Assembly: GCA_964230645.1 (NCBI GenBank)
Contig: CAXRHT010000003.1
Coordinates: 288,001 to 352,000 of the forward strand
Length of the DNA stretch: 64,000 nucleotides
Direction: 5' to 3'
DNA from: Bdellovibrionales bacterium
GTDB taxonomy: Bacteria; Bdellovibrionota; Bdellovibrionia; Bdellovibrionales; JAGQZY01
The translations under genes were made by a program, and so were the position numbers. Of this stretch, positions 20,304 to 32,700 are shown in pieces. A model generated the notes under the pieces. The model saw nothing but the letters and a program-made list of their open reading frames with translations, was not told the DNA's origin and did no database searches. How positions within the stretch are numbered: the stretch's first letter is position 1; each line of letters opens with the position of its first letter.

Positions 20304-21524
20304 ATGAAAGAAAGAATACACAAAAAAATATTGGCCGAGTCTGACAAACTCCATGAGTGGTACCGTAACCAGCTAACGGGCTATGCCCCTTTTTACGCGA
20401 GCTTTGATATTAGAGACGCTGGTTTTAAGATCTCAAATATCGACGGAAACATCTTTCCAGCCGGATTTAATAATATTTGTCAGATGGATAAAGATTCCTC
20501 ACCGGAACTTATTCAAAAATTCATGAATCACAACTTCCCTGAGGCTAAAAAGATTCTCCTTCTTTCTGAAGATCATTTGAAAAATCAATACTACTGGGAA
20601 AACGTTATCGCCATTCGCAATCTTATCGAAGAAGCCGGCTATGAAATAAAAGTGGGTATGCTCTCGGATGCGGTGGGTGAGAAGGCTATGGTTGAGTCTT
20701 TCTCCGGGAAAACAATAGAGGTGCATCATATAAAATCAAAAGATGGCCAGCTACAAATTCCTGGCTTTGTTCCTGATCTTGTTGTTTCGAACAACGACTT
20801 CTCCAATGAGTATGAAGATGTAGATTTTTCAAATACAGAAATGACTCCTTTAAAAGAATTGGGCTGGTATCAACGTAAAAAACATCAGTATTTTAGTAAT
20901 TATAATCAATTAGTGAATCAATTCGCCGAAATGATTGATGAGGATCCTTGGTTATTCGGAGTACAGACTAAGCACTTTAAAGCTTTTGATGTGGCCGATG
21001 AAAGCAGTCGTGATGAGCTTGGGAAAGTGGTCGAGGAAATTATCGCCTCTACAAAACAAAAGTACGAGGACCACAAAATAGATGAAACGCCCTATGCTTT
21101 TGTTAAAAACAATTCCGGAACCTATGGACTCGGAGTTCTCACAGCCGAGTCAGGAGATGATGTTCGTAGCTGGAATTATAAATCAAAAAAGAAAATGAAG
21201 GCTGCTAAAGGTGGCGGTGGAATTTCTGAAGTGATTGTGCAAGAGGGTGTGCCCAGTGTCCTTTCCGAAGATGGAGCTACAGCCGAACCTGTCCTTTATA
21301 TGCTTGGCTGTGAGCTGGCTGGAGGATTTCTTCGCACACATAACAAAAAAGACAATCATCAGAGTCTTAATAGCCCTGGAGCTGTTTATAAAAAACTTTG
21401 TTTGAGTGATTTAAAAATCAGTGCTGAAGGAGCCATGCTAGAAAATGTTTATGGCTGGATTGCAAAACTGGGCTTTTTAGCAATTAGTAAAGAGGCGACT
21501 GATCTAAAAGAGCAGTTGTCTTGA
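20304..21524 (+). CDS. gshA: Glutamate--cysteine ligase (GshA, ATP-grasp type)
   Basis: PFYASFDIRDAGFK..DGNIFPAGFNN, FVKNNSGTYGLG, VIVQEGV, SLNSPG. Start placed at MKERI because the upstream extension is the duplicated gene end. Confidence 0.85.
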   Translation: MKERIHKKILAESDKLHEWYRNQLTGYAPFYASFDIRDAGFKISNIDGNIFPAGFNNICQMDKDSSPELIQKFMNHNFPEAKKILLLSEDHLKNQYYWENVIAIRNLIEEAGYEIKVGMLSDAVGEKAMVESFSGKTIEVHHIKSKDGQLQIPGFVPDLVVSNNDFSNEYEDVDFSNTEMTPLKELGWYQRKKHQYFSNYNQLVNQFAEMIDEDPWLFGVQTKHFKAFDVADESSRDELGKVVEEIIASTKQKYEDHKIDETPYAFVKNNSGTYGLGVLTAESGDDVRSWNYKSKKKMKAAKGGGGISEVIVQEGVPSVLSEDGATAEPVLYMLGCELAGGFLRTHNKKDNHQSLNSPGAVYKKLCLSDLKISAEGAMLENVYGWIAKLGFLAISKEATDLKEQLS

Positions 21525-21767
21525 GTGAATATATGTCGTGTTGAACGAATATTTGTCATCTTGAGGAAAAACATATCGTCTTGAGGGAAAACATGTCGTC
21601 TTGAGCGAAGCGAAAGATCTAAGATCCTTCGCTGCGCTCAGGATGACTATTGGTATTGCTCAGGATGACTATTGGTGATGCTCAGGATGACTATTGGTGA
21701 TGCTCAGGGCGTCTATCAGCAATGCTCAGGATGACTTTGGGCAATGCTCGGGAGTGCAATGGGCAAT
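21515..21767. repeat. Second composite palindromic element (inverted relative to 2164-2484): 20-bp tandem units + inverted-repeat core (21595-21647) + 6 x 22-bp tandem units
   Basis: gtcgtcttgagggaaaacat-like units with period 20. Core gtcgtcttgagcgaagcgaaagatct / agatccttcgctgcgctcaggatgac. gctcaggatgactattggtgat-like units at 21636, 21658, 21680, 21702, 21724, 21746. Confidence 0.93.
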
Positions 21768-21978
21768 CTCCCGCCTAGCAGTCATTGAGTTCAATAAATC
21801 TTTCCTAATTTCAAAGACATTGATTAAAAACCAAGCTTTACCTGTTCGAAGAAGAATGACTTTAAAATCTTAAAAGACAAAAGATCGAACCTTATATTAA
21901 ATTTAATTTCTTTTAAACACCTTCCCCAATGGTCCAGCCTGCGTAGACAGCTCTTCCTATATGGGCGATTATTTCTAT

Positions 21979-22512
21979 ATGAAGTACATCTTGAGTTTTC
22001 TCCTTTTATTCCCAAGTTTTAGCTTTGCTAAAACTATTTTTGAACCCGCTCTTGGCCTCACTACCGGAGCTTTCAAGGGAGAAATTCCTGCCAACACCAT
22101 TACTCCTGCTGGAGAAACGGTGAGTGTAAATTACACCAGTCTCGCTTTTGGAGCCCGTTACGGGATCACCCGTCGCTATATTCATGTTACCGGTGTGGTC
22201 GAAGGCCATCTTATCAATATGGGAAGTGATGCCACCGATGGGAGTACGGATCTTCAGATGAACTACGGAGTGGGGATCGGTTACGAGTGGAACATTCCTC
22301 TAAGAACCTACCTCACAGTGGGTTTACCTTTTTCGAGTGTCGAGGTTTCCTATTATTTTAGTGAAACCTTTTTAGTGGGTTTGCGCTACAACCGCTTGAA
22401 GATGGAATTTGGTGGGGTTAATCTTAACGTAAACACTTTTGGAGTGGCCGTGAACTTCCCAATTGAGTTTGACTATCCCAACCATTGGTGGCGCAAAACC
22501 GATTGGGAATAA
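21979..22512 (+). CDS. Secreted hypothetical protein, probable small outer-membrane beta-barrel
   Basis: Signal peptide MKYILSFLLLFPSFSFA; alternating Gly/aromatic strands. Confidence 0.65.
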   Translation: MKYILSFLLLFPSFSFAKTIFEPALGLTTGAFKGEIPANTITPAGETVSVNYTSLAFGARYGITRRYIHVTGVVEGHLINMGSDATDGSTDLQMNYGVGIGYEWNIPLRTYLTVGLPFSSVEVSYYFSETFLVGLRYNRLKMEFGGVNLNVNTFGVAVNFPIEFDYPNHWWRKTDWE

Positions 22513-22514
22513 AC

Positions 22515-22943
22515 TTAAATCACAATTCCGGCCGTCGCTCTTAGCATGATCAGAATCCAAAGGCCTGCCACCATAAAGACTCCTGAGAAGTAAGAGCCTG
22601 CTCGTAGCATAAGTTTATTACTGGTAATATGCACATAGCTGTGGAACATTCTTGAAATCACAAATAGACAGGCTAGTAGAAAGAAAATTGTACTTACTGT
22701 ATTAAATTGAATTCCGGCCAGACAGGTGATCATAAAAATCACGGGAAGCTGAAATTGGTTGTTAAAGTTATTTTCGATGACCTTAAGGTCATTAGGCACT
22801 TCGCCGTCGTAGGTTTTAAAATAGCGAAAGTCGACTCGGCCCTGCTGAACACCCTTGGTGCGTGAGAGGAACATAAAAAGTCCCAAGCCCACGATAAAAA
22901 AGTAATAAAACCCAACCAAGACGATTAAGTAGGGCGCGAGCAT
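22515..22943 (-). CDS. MAPEG family membrane protein
   Basis: NNFNNQFQLPVIF, FVISRMFHSYVH and RAGSY motifs; four TM helices. Confidence 0.85.
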   Translation of the reverse strand: MLAPYLIVLVGFYYFFIVGLGLFMFLSRTKGVQQGRVDFRYFKTYDGEVPNDLKVIENNFNNQFQLPVIFMITCLAGIQFNTVSTIFFLLACLFVISRMFHSYVHITSNKLMLRAGSYFSGVFMVAGLWILIMLRATAGIVI

Positions 22944-24415
22944 TACTTATGATCCCGCGCCATTTGCACGAATGTGCGCACCATAACTCCACTCGCTCCT
23001 TTACCAGGAGCGTAGGAAAGTCTGTGTCCTACGTGCCAGGCTGTTCCGGCGATATCAAAGTGAGCCCAAGGAATTTCTTTTTCAACAAAGTTCTCAAGGA
23101 AAGCGGCGGCGGTTGCACTTCCGGCGTTTCGCGAAGGTGCGGTGTTGGTAAGATCCGCGTAGGTTCCCTTCATGTCATTGCTGTGGTGTTCACAGAGGGG
23201 CATGGGCCAAACTTCCTCACCGGATTTCTTTGCTGCTTTTTCAATCTTGCTTGTCATCTTATTGTCACGAGCAAAAAATCCCGTGTGAGTGTTACCAAGG
23301 GCAATCATCATAGAGCCTGTGAGTGTGGCGGTATCGACAATCCAAGCCGGCTTTTTCTCAGAGGCGTAGGAGAGAGCATCCGCAAGAATCAAGCGACCCT
23401 CGGCATCGGTGTTGTTGATTTCAATACTTTTGCCGTTGCGAGCTTTTCTAATGTCACCTGGTTTGTTGGCTGATGGGCCGGGCATATTCTCACTGGCAGG
23501 GACATAAGCGATCACATTCACTTTTAGTTTAAGTTTCGCTATCGTTGCCATTGTACCAATGACGGCACTTCCACCACACATATCGTATTTCATTTCTTCC
23601 ATACCGGCAGAAGGTTTGATGGAAATTCCACCAGCATCAAAAGTTAAACCTTTTCCAACAAAGCACACAGGCTTTTGTGAGGCTGGGCCTCCTTTGTACT
23701 CCATGATGATGAAACGAGGCTCTTGGTCACTTCCATTGGATACACCGATGAGGGAATCCATATTTTCTTTGGCAATTTTTGCTTTGTCCCAAGCGGTGAC
23801 CTTCATCTTGGTCCCCTTGGCGGCATTTTTAGCTTCCTCTGCCAACTGGGTGGGGGTCATAAAGTTACCGGGGCAGTCACCGAGCCAACGAGTGAAATTT
23901 ACACCCTCTCCCATGATGACTCCTTCTTCCAGAGCCTTTTTCATAGAGGCGTTGTTACTTTTGGAAAGGAAATCAATGATAAGCTCTGGAGCTTCTTTTT
24001 CAGGTTTTTTCTTGAACGTATCAAAAGTGTAAGAACTCATTAAAAAGCCCTCAACCATGGCTTGCAGAGCTTCGGCTTTGTCGCGATGTCCGAGGTCATC
24101 CACAGAAACGGTGATACCAATAAGTCTTTCAGACTTTAATTTTTTGTAAATGTTGCCTGCAAGTCCGCGAATATCTTCGGCGGATTGTTTGCCACTATCA
24201 AGAGCGACACAAAGTACATGGCCTTCTTTTCTGCGATAAAAAACCATTTCTCCGGATTTCGCATTCAAGCTCTCTTCATCGAGTTGCATCTGAAGATCTT
24301 CTTTTATTTCAGCAGCGAGGTCTTTAGAGCTCGTTATCTTTCTGCTGGAACCTTTTACGGAGTAGAAAAAAATCTGGTTAACACTGACATCTTTGTTATT
24401 TAATGTGAATTTCAT
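22943..24415 (-). CDS. pepA: Leucyl aminopeptidase, M17
   Basis: VGKGLTFDAGG, MKYDMCG, NTDAEGRL, WAHFDIAG. Confidence 0.95.
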   Translation of the reverse strand: MKFTLNNKDVSVNQIFFYSVKGSSRKITSSKDLAAEIKEDLQMQLDEESLNAKSGEMVFYRRKEGHVLCVALDSGKQSAEDIRGLAGNIYKKLKSERLIGITVSVDDLGHRDKAEALQAMVEGFLMSSYTFDTFKKKPEKEAPELIIDFLSKSNNASMKKALEEGVIMGEGVNFTRWLGDCPGNFMTPTQLAEEAKNAAKGTKMKVTAWDKAKIAKENMDSLIGVSNGSDQEPRFIIMEYKGGPASQKPVCFVGKGLTFDAGGISIKPSAGMEEMKYDMCGGSAVIGTMATIAKLKLKVNVIAYVPASENMPGPSANKPGDIRKARNGKSIEINNTDAEGRLILADALSYASEKKPAWIVDTATLTGSMMIALGNTHTGFFARDNKMTSKIEKAAKKSGEEVWPMPLCEHHSNDMKGTYADLTNTAPSRNAGSATAAAFLENFVEKEIPWAHFDIAGTAWHVGHRLSYAPGKGASGVMVRTFVQMARDHK

Positions 24416-24634
24416 CGTTACCTCTTACAACTTAAGTCTAGGAAATATGGCATGCCATTATCTTAGACTAAAGTCGTGACATCAATAATTATAGTGCGCG
24501 TTAAGGGCGATAGAGGCCTATATTGAAACCAGGCCTTTCAGTCTATTAAGTCCCAAGAGAAAATCCCCGATCAGACCTTGTCAAATCATGAAAGAGGTCC
24601 ATATTAACAGGTAGGATCTTTCCAAAGGAGCGTC

Positions 24635-25255
24635 ATGAGCAATTTAGTACCCGTGGTTATCGAACAGACCCCAAGAGGAGAAAGAAGTTACGATATTTAT
24701 TCCCGTCTCCTCAAAGACAGAATTATTCTTATAGGGACACCTATCAATTCGGCGGTTGCTAATAATGTGATTGCTCAAATGCTTTTCCTGGAAGCGGATA
24801 ATCCTGATAAAGATATCCAGCTCTACATCAACTCTCCTGGAGGGAGTGTTCACGATGGACTGGGCATCTATGACATAATGCAGTTTGTAAAATGTGACGT
24901 AGCCACCACCTGTATTGGTATGGCTGCCAGCATGGGATCACTGCTCCTGACCGCTGGTACAAAAGGAAAACGTTACATTCTACCCAATGCCCAGGTCATG
25001 ATTCACCAACCACTGATCAGTGGCGGTCTTTCAGGCCAGGCCAGTGACATTGAGATTCACGCCAAAAATCTCATTGAAACCAAAGAGAGACTCACACGAA
25101 TCTATGAGCATCATACCGGACAGAAATTTGAAACTTTGGACAAAGCTATGGATCGTGACAATTACATGAGTGCGAGCAAAGCCAAAGAATTTGGGCTAGT
25201 GGATAAAGTTGTTGAGTTCAGAAAAGAAAGTGAAAAAAGCCAAAAAGGATCATAA
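24635..25255 (+). CDS. clpP: ATP-dependent Clp protease proteolytic subunit
   Basis: [29 protein letters not shown]. Confidence 0.97.
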   Translation: MSNLVPVVIEQTPRGERSYDIYSRLLKDRIILIGTPINSAVANNVIAQMLFLEADNPDKDIQLYINSPGGSVHDGLGIYDIMQFVKCDVATTCIGMAASMGSLLLTAGTKGKRYILPNAQVMIHQPLISGGLSGQASDIEIHAKNLIETKERLTRIYEHHTGQKFETLDKAMDRDNYMSASKAKEFGLVDKVVEFRKESEKSQKGS

Positions 25256-26557
25256 ATGAGTCGAAGAGAAGGATCATCGAGTTTATTGCGTTGTAGTTTT
25301 TGTGGAAAAAGTCAGAATGAGGTGAAAAAGCTCATTGCTGGTCCTGGTGTGTATATTTGTGATGAGTGTATTGACCTGTGTACCGACATTATTGAAGAGG
25401 AAAAAGAGCGCGAGGAAAGCTCCACTACCCAATTCAAAGTGCCAAAGCCTGTGGAAATCAAAGATCACTTGGACGCTTACGTCATCGGGCAAGATTCCGC
25501 TAAGAAATCCTTGTCTGTGGCCGTTCACAACCATTACAAGAGAATCAACTCGGCTAAGAAAAAAGACGACGTTGAAATCTCTAAAAGTAATATCCTTCTT
25601 ATTGGACCCACCGGTTCAGGAAAAACCTATTTGGCTCAAACCATTGCTAAAATATTAAACGTTCCTTTTGCGATGGCGGATGCTACAGCTCTTACGGAAG
25701 CCGGTTATGTCGGAGAAGACGTTGAAAACGTTATTTTAAATCTTTTACAGGCCGCTGATTACGACGTGGAAAAATGCCAACGTGGTGTCATCTATGTCGA
25801 TGAAATTGATAAAATCACTAGAAAGTCTGAGAATCCTTCCATCACTCGCGACGTAAGCGGTGAAGGGGTTCAGCAAGCTCTTTTAAAAATCTTAGAGGGA
25901 ACAGTCGCAAATCTGCCTCCCAAGGGTGGAAGAAAGCATCCTCAACAAGAGTTCATCCAAGTGGATACTTCCAATATCCTCTTTATCTGTGGGGGAGCCT
26001 TTGTGGGACTAGAAAAGCTGGTTGAAAACAGACTTTCAAATAAATCTCTTGGAATCACTGCGGAAATTAAGAGCAGTAAAGAAAAAGAAAATGAAGGTCA
26101 CACAAGTCTTAAAAAGCTTCAGCCTGAGGATCTTTCTCGCTTTGGTCTAATTCCAGAGTTTATAGGTCGTTTACCGGTTATATCCGTTCTCGATCAGCTT
26201 GAAGAAGACGCATTAGTAGAAATTCTGGTCAAGCCAAAAAATGCTTTGATCAAGCAGTACAAGAAGTTGTTTTCTTTTGAGAATGTTGAATTAACGTTCA
26301 CAGACGAGGCTCTGGTGGAGATTGCCAAGCAAGCCCTAGACCGAAAGACAGGGGCTCGTGGATTAAGAGGGGTCATTGAAAGTGCGATGCTAGACATCAT
26401 GTACGAAATCCCTTCCAAGCAGAACGTCAAAGAATGTATAATTGATGATAAGGTGATCCGCGGTGAAGCGGAGCCGAAATTGATCTTCGGGACACCATCA
26501 TCTCAGTCGTCGGATTCCAAGAAGGAAAAAGGCACTGGGTCTGCTGAAAGCGCCTAA
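25256..26557 (+). CDS. clpX: Clp protease ATP-binding subunit ClpX
   Basis: CSFCGK zinc finger, [21 protein letters not shown]. Confidence 0.97.
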   Translation: MSRREGSSSLLRCSFCGKSQNEVKKLIAGPGVYICDECIDLCTDIIEEEKEREESSTTQFKVPKPVEIKDHLDAYVIGQDSAKKSLSVAVHNHYKRINSAKKKDDVEISKSNILLIGPTGSGKTYLAQTIAKILNVPFAMADATALTEAGYVGEDVENVILNLLQAADYDVEKCQRGVIYVDEIDKITRKSENPSITRDVSGEGVQQALLKILEGTVANLPPKGGRKHPQQEFIQVDTSNILFICGGAFVGLEKLVENRLSNKSLGITAEIKSSKEKENEGHTSLKKLQPEDLSRFGLIPEFIGRLPVISVLDQLEEDALVEILVKPKNALIKQYKKLFSFENVELTFTDEALVEIAKQALDRKTGARGLRGVIESAMLDIMYEIPSKQNVKECIIDDKVIRGEAEPKLIFGTPSSQSSDSKKEKGTGSAESA

Positions 26558-26597
26558 ATGACGGTCTCGTTGGTCAAATCCAGAAGGAGGAGACCTT

Positions 26598-29078
26598 ATG
26601 AGCGAAGAAAACGCAAACCCATCTGAACTTCCATTACTTCCTTTGAGGGATTTGATCATTTTTCCCCATATGATGATGCCCTTGTTTGTTGGTCGGGAAA
26701 AGAGCATAAACGCTCTAGAAGAGGCCATGACAAAGCAAACGGACATCGTCCTTGTGGCGCAGAAGGATGCAAAAACCAACACGCCCACAGTCGAAGATAT
26801 TTATAAAATCGGAACTGTCGGCTCAATCATTCAGCTTCTTCGTCTTCCCGATGGAACCGTGAAAGTGTTGATTGAAGGTAAAAGGCGTGTTGAAGTCAAA
26901 AAATTCCTGGAAGAAGAGCCTTTTTATAAAGTTCAAATTGATTATTTAGAAGAGGACACTGTAGACGACCTTGAAGCTCAAGCTTTGATTCGCTCAGTGA
27001 AAACCACTTTTGAAAAGTATGTGAAGCTGAATAAGCGCATTCCCCCGGAAATTTTGATGCGAGTTTCAAGCATTGATTCTGCCGGAGAGCTTGCCGACAT
27101 CATTGTGGCGCAACTCAATCTAAAAATTGAAGACAAGCAGCGTCTTCTTGAGGTCGTCAATCCTGTAGAGCGCTTGGAAGAGTTGCTCAACCTTATGACT
27201 GGTGAGATCGAAATTCTTGAGGTGGAAAAGAAAATTCGCTCAAGAGTGAAGCGTCAGATGGAAAAGTCACAAAAAGAGTACTATTTGAATGAGCAGATGC
27301 AGGCCATTCAAAAAGAGCTCGGTGATAAGGACGACTACCAAAATGAATTGATGGAGCTCGAGGAAAAAGCGCGCAAAAAGAATATGACCAAAGAAGCGCG
27401 TGAGAGAGTTCAAAAAGAAATTAAAAAACTAAAGATGATGTCTCCCATGAGTGCTGAAGCCGCAGTGGTGAGAAACTACATCGATTGGATGTTGTCTCTT
27501 CCTTGGGCCAAGTACGGTGATGAGAGAAAAGATCTCGAATACGCCGAGCAGGTACTCAATGATGATCACTGGGGTCTTGAAAAAGTAAAAGAAAGAATTT
27601 TAGAGCATATTGCCGTTCGTTGTTTGAGTGATGACATGAATGGACCGATTCTTTGTCTTGTAGGGCCTCCTGGTGTGGGGAAAACCTCTCTGGCTAAGTC
27701 GGTAGCGAAATCTTTAAACCGTCAATTTGCCCGTATCTCACTGGGTGGGGTGCGAGATGAAGCTGAAATTCGTGGTCACCGTAGAACCTACGTTGGAGCC
27801 ATGCCCGGTAAGGTTCTTCAGGCCCTACGAAAAGTAGAAGACGGAAACCCACTCTTACTTCTTGATGAGATCGACAAAATGTCCAACGACTTTAAAGGAG
27901 ATCCGAGTGCGGCCATGCTTGAGGTTTTAGACCCTGAGCAAAACGCCACTTTCCAGGATCACTATTTAGAAGTCGAATATGATCTTTCTAAAATAATGTT
28001 CTTCACAACAGCTAACTCCCTTCACACAATCCCAAGACCTCTTTTGGATCGTATGGAAGTCATTTCGCTGGAAGGATATATTGAAAGTGAGAAGTTTAAT
28101 ATTGCTAAGAAGTACTTGGTTCCAAAGCAGCTCAAGCGCCACGGACTTAAAGACTATAACGTCAATATTAACGATGCTGCCATTCGTGAAATTACTCGTT
28201 ATTACACCAAAGAGGCTGGAGTTCGTAACTTAGAACGTCAAATCGCCAATGTTTGTCGAAAAGTGGCCAAGGAAATCATCCGAGCCAATGAAATTGCTAA
28301 ACATAAAGAGGCGGATAAATCGACGAAGAAAACCAAGCGCACCAAAGTGAAGAGTCAACCTCGTAAGAAAGCCATTAATGTTAACGCCAAAAAAGTGGTG
28401 GAGCTACTTGGCCCTCATAAATTTAAACACGGTAAGATCGAAACGGATCATGAAATCGGTTTAACAAACGGTATGGCTTACACAGAAGTGGGCGGAGATC
28501 TACTTGCAGTGGAAGCGGCCGTAATTCCAGGGCGTGGGAAATTTACCATTACTGGTCAATTGGGTGATGTGATGAAAGAGTCTTGTACAGCAGCACTCAG
28601 TTATGTGCGCTCAAGAGGACCCCTCTTCGGTCTTGATAAAGATTTCTTTTTCAATATCGACACACACATTCACGTGCCAGAAGGGGCGACTCCTAAAGAT
28701 GGTCCTTCAGCAGGGTGTGCGATTACCACCAGTATCGTTTCGGCGGTGACAAAAATTCCGGTGAAAAAGACAGTGGCCATGACAGGAGAGATTACCCTAA
28801 GAGGCCGTGTTCTTCCCATCGGTGGACTAAAAGAGAAAGTTCTCGCCGCTCACCGTGGTGGGATCAAAACCATTATAGCACCAAAGGATAACGAGAAAGA
28901 TTTTAAAGATATTCCTGAGGAAGTTTTAAAAGAACTTACCATTGTATTAGTGGACCATGTGGACCAGGTACTGATTCATGCTTTGGATATCAAAAATGCC
29001 AAAGAGCTTTTCAAAGCAAGAAGAGATACTGGTCTTGGGCTGAAAGCTAAGTATACTGGACATTCTTTGTATCATTGA
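26598..29078 (+). CDS. lon: Lon protease
   Basis: LPLRD N-domain, [23 protein letters not shown]. Confidence 0.97.
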   Translation: MSEENANPSELPLLPLRDLIIFPHMMMPLFVGREKSINALEEAMTKQTDIVLVAQKDAKTNTPTVEDIYKIGTVGSIIQLLRLPDGTVKVLIEGKRRVEVKKFLEEEPFYKVQIDYLEEDTVDDLEAQALIRSVKTTFEKYVKLNKRIPPEILMRVSSIDSAGELADIIVAQLNLKIEDKQRLLEVVNPVERLEELLNLMTGEIEILEVEKKIRSRVKRQMEKSQKEYYLNEQMQAIQKELGDKDDYQNELMELEEKARKKNMTKEARERVQKEIKKLKMMSPMSAEAAVVRNYIDWMLSLPWAKYGDERKDLEYAEQVLNDDHWGLEKVKERILEHIAVRCLSDDMNGPILCLVGPPGVGKTSLAKSVAKSLNRQFARISLGGVRDEAEIRGHRRTYVGAMPGKVLQALRKVEDGNPLLLLDEIDKMSNDFKGDPSAAMLEVLDPEQNATFQDHYLEVEYDLSKIMFFTTANSLHTIPRPLLDRMEVISLEGYIESEKFNIAKKYLVPKQLKRHGLKDYNVNINDAAIREITRYYTKEAGVRNLERQIANVCRKVAKEIIRANEIAKHKEADKSTKKTKRTKVKSQPRKKAINVNAKKVVELLGPHKFKHGKIETDHEIGLTNGMAYTEVGGDLLAVEAAVIPGRGKFTITGQLGDVMKESCTAALSYVRSRGPLFGLDKDFFFNIDTHIHVPEGATPKDGPSAGCAITTSIVSAVTKIPVKKTVAMTGEITLRGRVLPIGGLKEKVLAAHRGGIKTIIAPKDNEKDFKDIPEEVLKELTIVLVDHVDQVLIHALDIKNAKELFKARRDTGLGLKAKYTGHSLYH

Positions 29079-29103
29079 GAAATATCAATGAAATTCAAAA
29101 GAG

Positions 29104-29135
29104 AAACGACGCCTTAAAGGGCGTCGTTTTTTTTT
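29104..29135 (+). terminator. Intrinsic terminator after lon (possibly bidirectional)
   Basis: aaacgacgcc-ttaaag-ggcgtcgttt followed by a T-run. Confidence 0.88.
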
Positions 29136-29152
29136 GTAGTAGGGGCTGAAAG

Positions 29153-29794
29153 CTAAGAAAGCAGCTGACCCGTAACCATCCAGTGCAAGAATCTAAGATA
29201 AAATGTTTTGGCGTATCGACAACCAACGATCAGATCCTTTGAATCCTGCTCTGTCAATTTCGCTTGGTTCAAGGCCTCAATGATTTCCTCTCCATGCGCG
29301 AGATTGGGACCATGGCGATGAATCGTCAAAAATCGTGTGTTTTCTTTTGTCATGAACTCACTGGTGGCGATCATTTCATCGAGTAAGTCAGCACTTTTAT
29401 CACTTATATTTTCGAGGATACAGGTCCCTCCTAATCGAACAAATGGTCTTTCATCAACGACCGAATCGAAATAAAGCCACCACAGTTTGACGTCGATAGG
29501 GCATTCACCAGGAATCATGTCCAAGGCTTGTAAATCTTTCTCAGCAACTTTGAAATGAAACTCTTCCTCTTTTCCAAATTTCACAAGCCAATCACGAAAC
29601 TTCGGCCTTTTTGCCATTTCACTATTTGCAGCGATTCTGTAGAAATGATTTTGGACACCTTGGGTGAGATGGTACTGGCAGGTCAGAAAGCGTCCGTAGC
29701 GTTCTTTAGTAAGTCCTCCTTTTTCTTTTAACATGGAGATCTTGTTCCTAAATTCATTTTGAGCGCTTACAATTTCTTTTCTTATATCATCCAT
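29153..29794 (-). CDS. Heme-oxygenase-like (TenA/CADD-fold) iron-containing redox enzyme
   Basis: All-helical; YH, EEEFH...DL, LE and FLTIH...H pattern of HO-like diiron enzymes. ATG at 29794 overlaps the upstream stop by 8 bp. Confidence 0.72.
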   Translation of the reverse strand: MDDIRKEIVSAQNEFRNKISMLKEKGGLTKERYGRFLTCQYHLTQGVQNHFYRIAANSEMAKRPKFRDWLVKFGKEEEFHFKVAEKDLQALDMIPGECPIDVKLWWLYFDSVVDERPFVRLGGTCILENISDKSADLLDEMIATSEFMTKENTRFLTIHRHGPNLAHGEEIIEALNQAKLTEQDSKDLIVGCRYAKTFYLRFLHWMVTGQLLS

Positions 29795-32700
29795 TTTTTT
29801 TCCTAGGTTTGTAGATAGCAATGTTTTGAAGATCCGAGATTCCCCTAATTTGAACTTGCTGTTTGATTGTCCAGTTGTGATCTAAATCCTCGAGATTAAC
29901 CACTTTATCCGAAACCACGATAGTGGTTGAGAATTTTTTAGTTATTTGCTCAAGACGAGAAGCTAAATTCACGGTAGTGCCGATGACTGTGAATTCCATG
30001 CGATCATTAGAACCAATATTTCCAGCAATGACTGGGCCTTTGTGGATACCGAAACCAACTTCTAAATTCCCAAAACCTTCTATTTTATATTCGTTGTTAA
30101 TTTCGACTAGCTTTTGGTTAAAGGAGAAAATAGCATCGAAGACATTTTTAGTGTCCATAGGCGACCAGGGATAGACTCCCCAGGTTAATAGAGCTCCGTC
30201 GCCGAGAAATTTATCGATGACACCACCATTTTCCGTCACAGAATCTTGTAGGTCACTAAATAATCGATTTAATACTTCAATTAATAGTTCTGAAGGAATG
30301 GTCGAGGCTAAAGAAGTAAAATTTCTTATATCGGCGAAGACACAGATTGCATTTCTTGTTTTTCCCCCTAATTCAGGTTCTTTATTCTTCAATGTCTCTT
30401 CGACGACCCAGCCGGGAACAAATTTTTGGAAGATTTTTCGGGCTTTCATTTCCGAATCAATTTTTGATTTTTTATCGAGCGCTAGACCGATTGATTGCGA
30501 AATTCTTCTGAGAGAAACTAGGTCGCGCTTTAAAATATTATCTTTAGATTTGCCTTTGTCGGCAACAATGACTCCCCAACTTTTTTTCTCAGAAGGGATG
30601 GGCACTAGGCAAAAAGCGTTCACATTAAGACTTTTAATTAACTTTTTAGATTTTTCATTTAAGTGGAAGAGATGCTCCTCCAAATCATTGATAATAACCG
30701 ACTGTCCTGTATGAAAGACACTCGATAAGAAGTTGGGGTTGTCTCTTTTTTGTGAAATATCAACTTGGAATCGCCACAAGTCCATTATGGGTTGATTGGC
30801 TCCGTAAACCGATGCTGTTTTCAATATTTTGCTATCCTCGTCAGCAATCATAATAAATGCCCGTTCAAAACCGAAATGGTTGCAGGTGTTTTTTAAGGCT
30901 GTCTGCAAAATTCCGTTCAAATCGTCGAGTGTTTGAATTTTTCTATTGATATTGTCTAAAAGTCGACTTTCTTGATAATTTAGCTCAACAATTTCTTTGG
31001 AGGCTTGGAGCTCACGATATTTTAGGTCGGCACTTTTTTCCAATTTGTCCATAGAAGTAATAATATCATCATATCTCTCACTGGACCTCTTACTACTGTA
31101 TATTAAAAAATAGAGCATCGCTGAAAGAAGACCCATGCCCAGATACACACCTAGTTCCTCCCACCGGTCGATCAGGTAACTTGCGTAGTATAGACTTATG
31201 AATCCAAGAATAAAGCTTAGAACAAATTTATTGCGAAAAAAGGGTGTTTTCCAGCGGACCATATATTCACAATATTCATCACCATCGAAGGTAGATTTTA
31301 AAATCTGAATTTGCGCAGGCCGCCTCGTCAATATGCGCACGTAGGAGTCCAAAAGAGCGGTCCAGTTTTCCTTGGCCGATCGACTCTTTGGAATCAATTC
31401 TTTGTTTGGATTTGTAATTCGAATACGACAAAAATTTCGGCCGCTTTCAATAACTTTGTAGCTTCTCGTTTTGTTGAATTTCGGGAAATAGCGTTCAAAT
31501 GTCTTAAATGCAATTTTGGGCGAAAAAAAGTGCTTAATCACAAAATAGTTGGCTCCAAGAATTTCCTTTGTCGTGGCTCGATAACCAGCCCGACGATTAA
31601 GCTCATAGGTGTCGCTGAATTCTGAAAAGTCAGTGAGAAAGGAGTCAAAAAACTCGACACTTACCCAGTTGCTCTCTCTCTTGAAGTAATCTCTGTCTAG
31701 CTGGTATTTGGTTATAATTTTTGAGAGTGTTTTTTTTCCGACCATATCTTCTGCTTCTAGAATGTAAGGTCGCAAAACGGTGGCGTTGATATGTTGCTTC
31801 GTCCATCGAGGATCACTAGTGTCTCGATCTAGATTTACTGCTTTAGGGTTGTCTGTTTGCTTCTCGATACCGGCTTTTTCTTTTTTGCGTTTACGTCCGC
31901 CGAGATATTGTGCGTAGAGAAAACTGAGGTATTTAACAATTTTCTGTTTTAGCCCAAACTGTACCCGCTTTTGCATACCGATATGGTTAAAAAATATGTG
32001 ATTCAATTCGAAGGCTTGTGACCACACATAGGGATTCATACCAGATGAATCGGCATAAGACTGCCCTTTGACAATCATCAGTTGAAGCATCAGTCCGTCT
32101 ATGTGGGGATGCTGTAGGAATGTGTTTACCTTCTTAAAGCCGATTTTTTCGTAAAATTTAATGAGTTTTGGTTCCGACAGAATGAGGCCGTCAGGATTAT
32201 CGTTGATTGTGGCGATTGCATGAATTTTTTGTAATATGCCAAGAACGACGTCCGTACCCTTAGCTTTGGGATGAACAACAAGTTTGTTGATTTCTGAGTA
32301 GTTATTCTTATCTAGGCTATCTAGATTCGATAGATCGACCTTTTCCTCCATAGAAATAGAGTGGAATCGACTGAGGCGAAACTCACAACTTGCGACCAGT
32401 TGCCCCGATAAATATGCACCGAGAACATAACCCTCTTTCTCCAAGCCGAGTCCCATATCTTTATAGGAACTTTTTTCACTGATCTTTCCTACGGACGAAT
32501 AGCCTTGAAATCTTAACTTAAGAACTTCGTCATAATCTTTTTTATTGTTTACGATCCTTATTGTGAGGTGTTCGTTTAGTTTTTTGTTTAGAATTCCTTC
32601 ATTCTTGATCGTATCAATTCTGTCAAAATCTTCTTCCGATGTTGCCAAATTTGAGATGTATCGGGTCAATAGTTCATTGAGTACTGGAGAGAGTTGTTGA

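Noticed and set aside
21515..21767. CRISPR array
   Set aside because: Same reason: 20/22-bp tandem periods without unique spacers.
22949..24403. Antisense ORFs inside pepA (and similar ones inside tig, clpX, lon, the cyclase, dnaX and rpoD)
   Set aside because: Shadow frames of well-supported genes, with no motifs or RBS.
13556..24635. Separation of tig from clpP-clpX-lon as a recent rearrangement
   Set aside because: No breakpoints or repeats support it; it may simply be the lineage's normal gene order.
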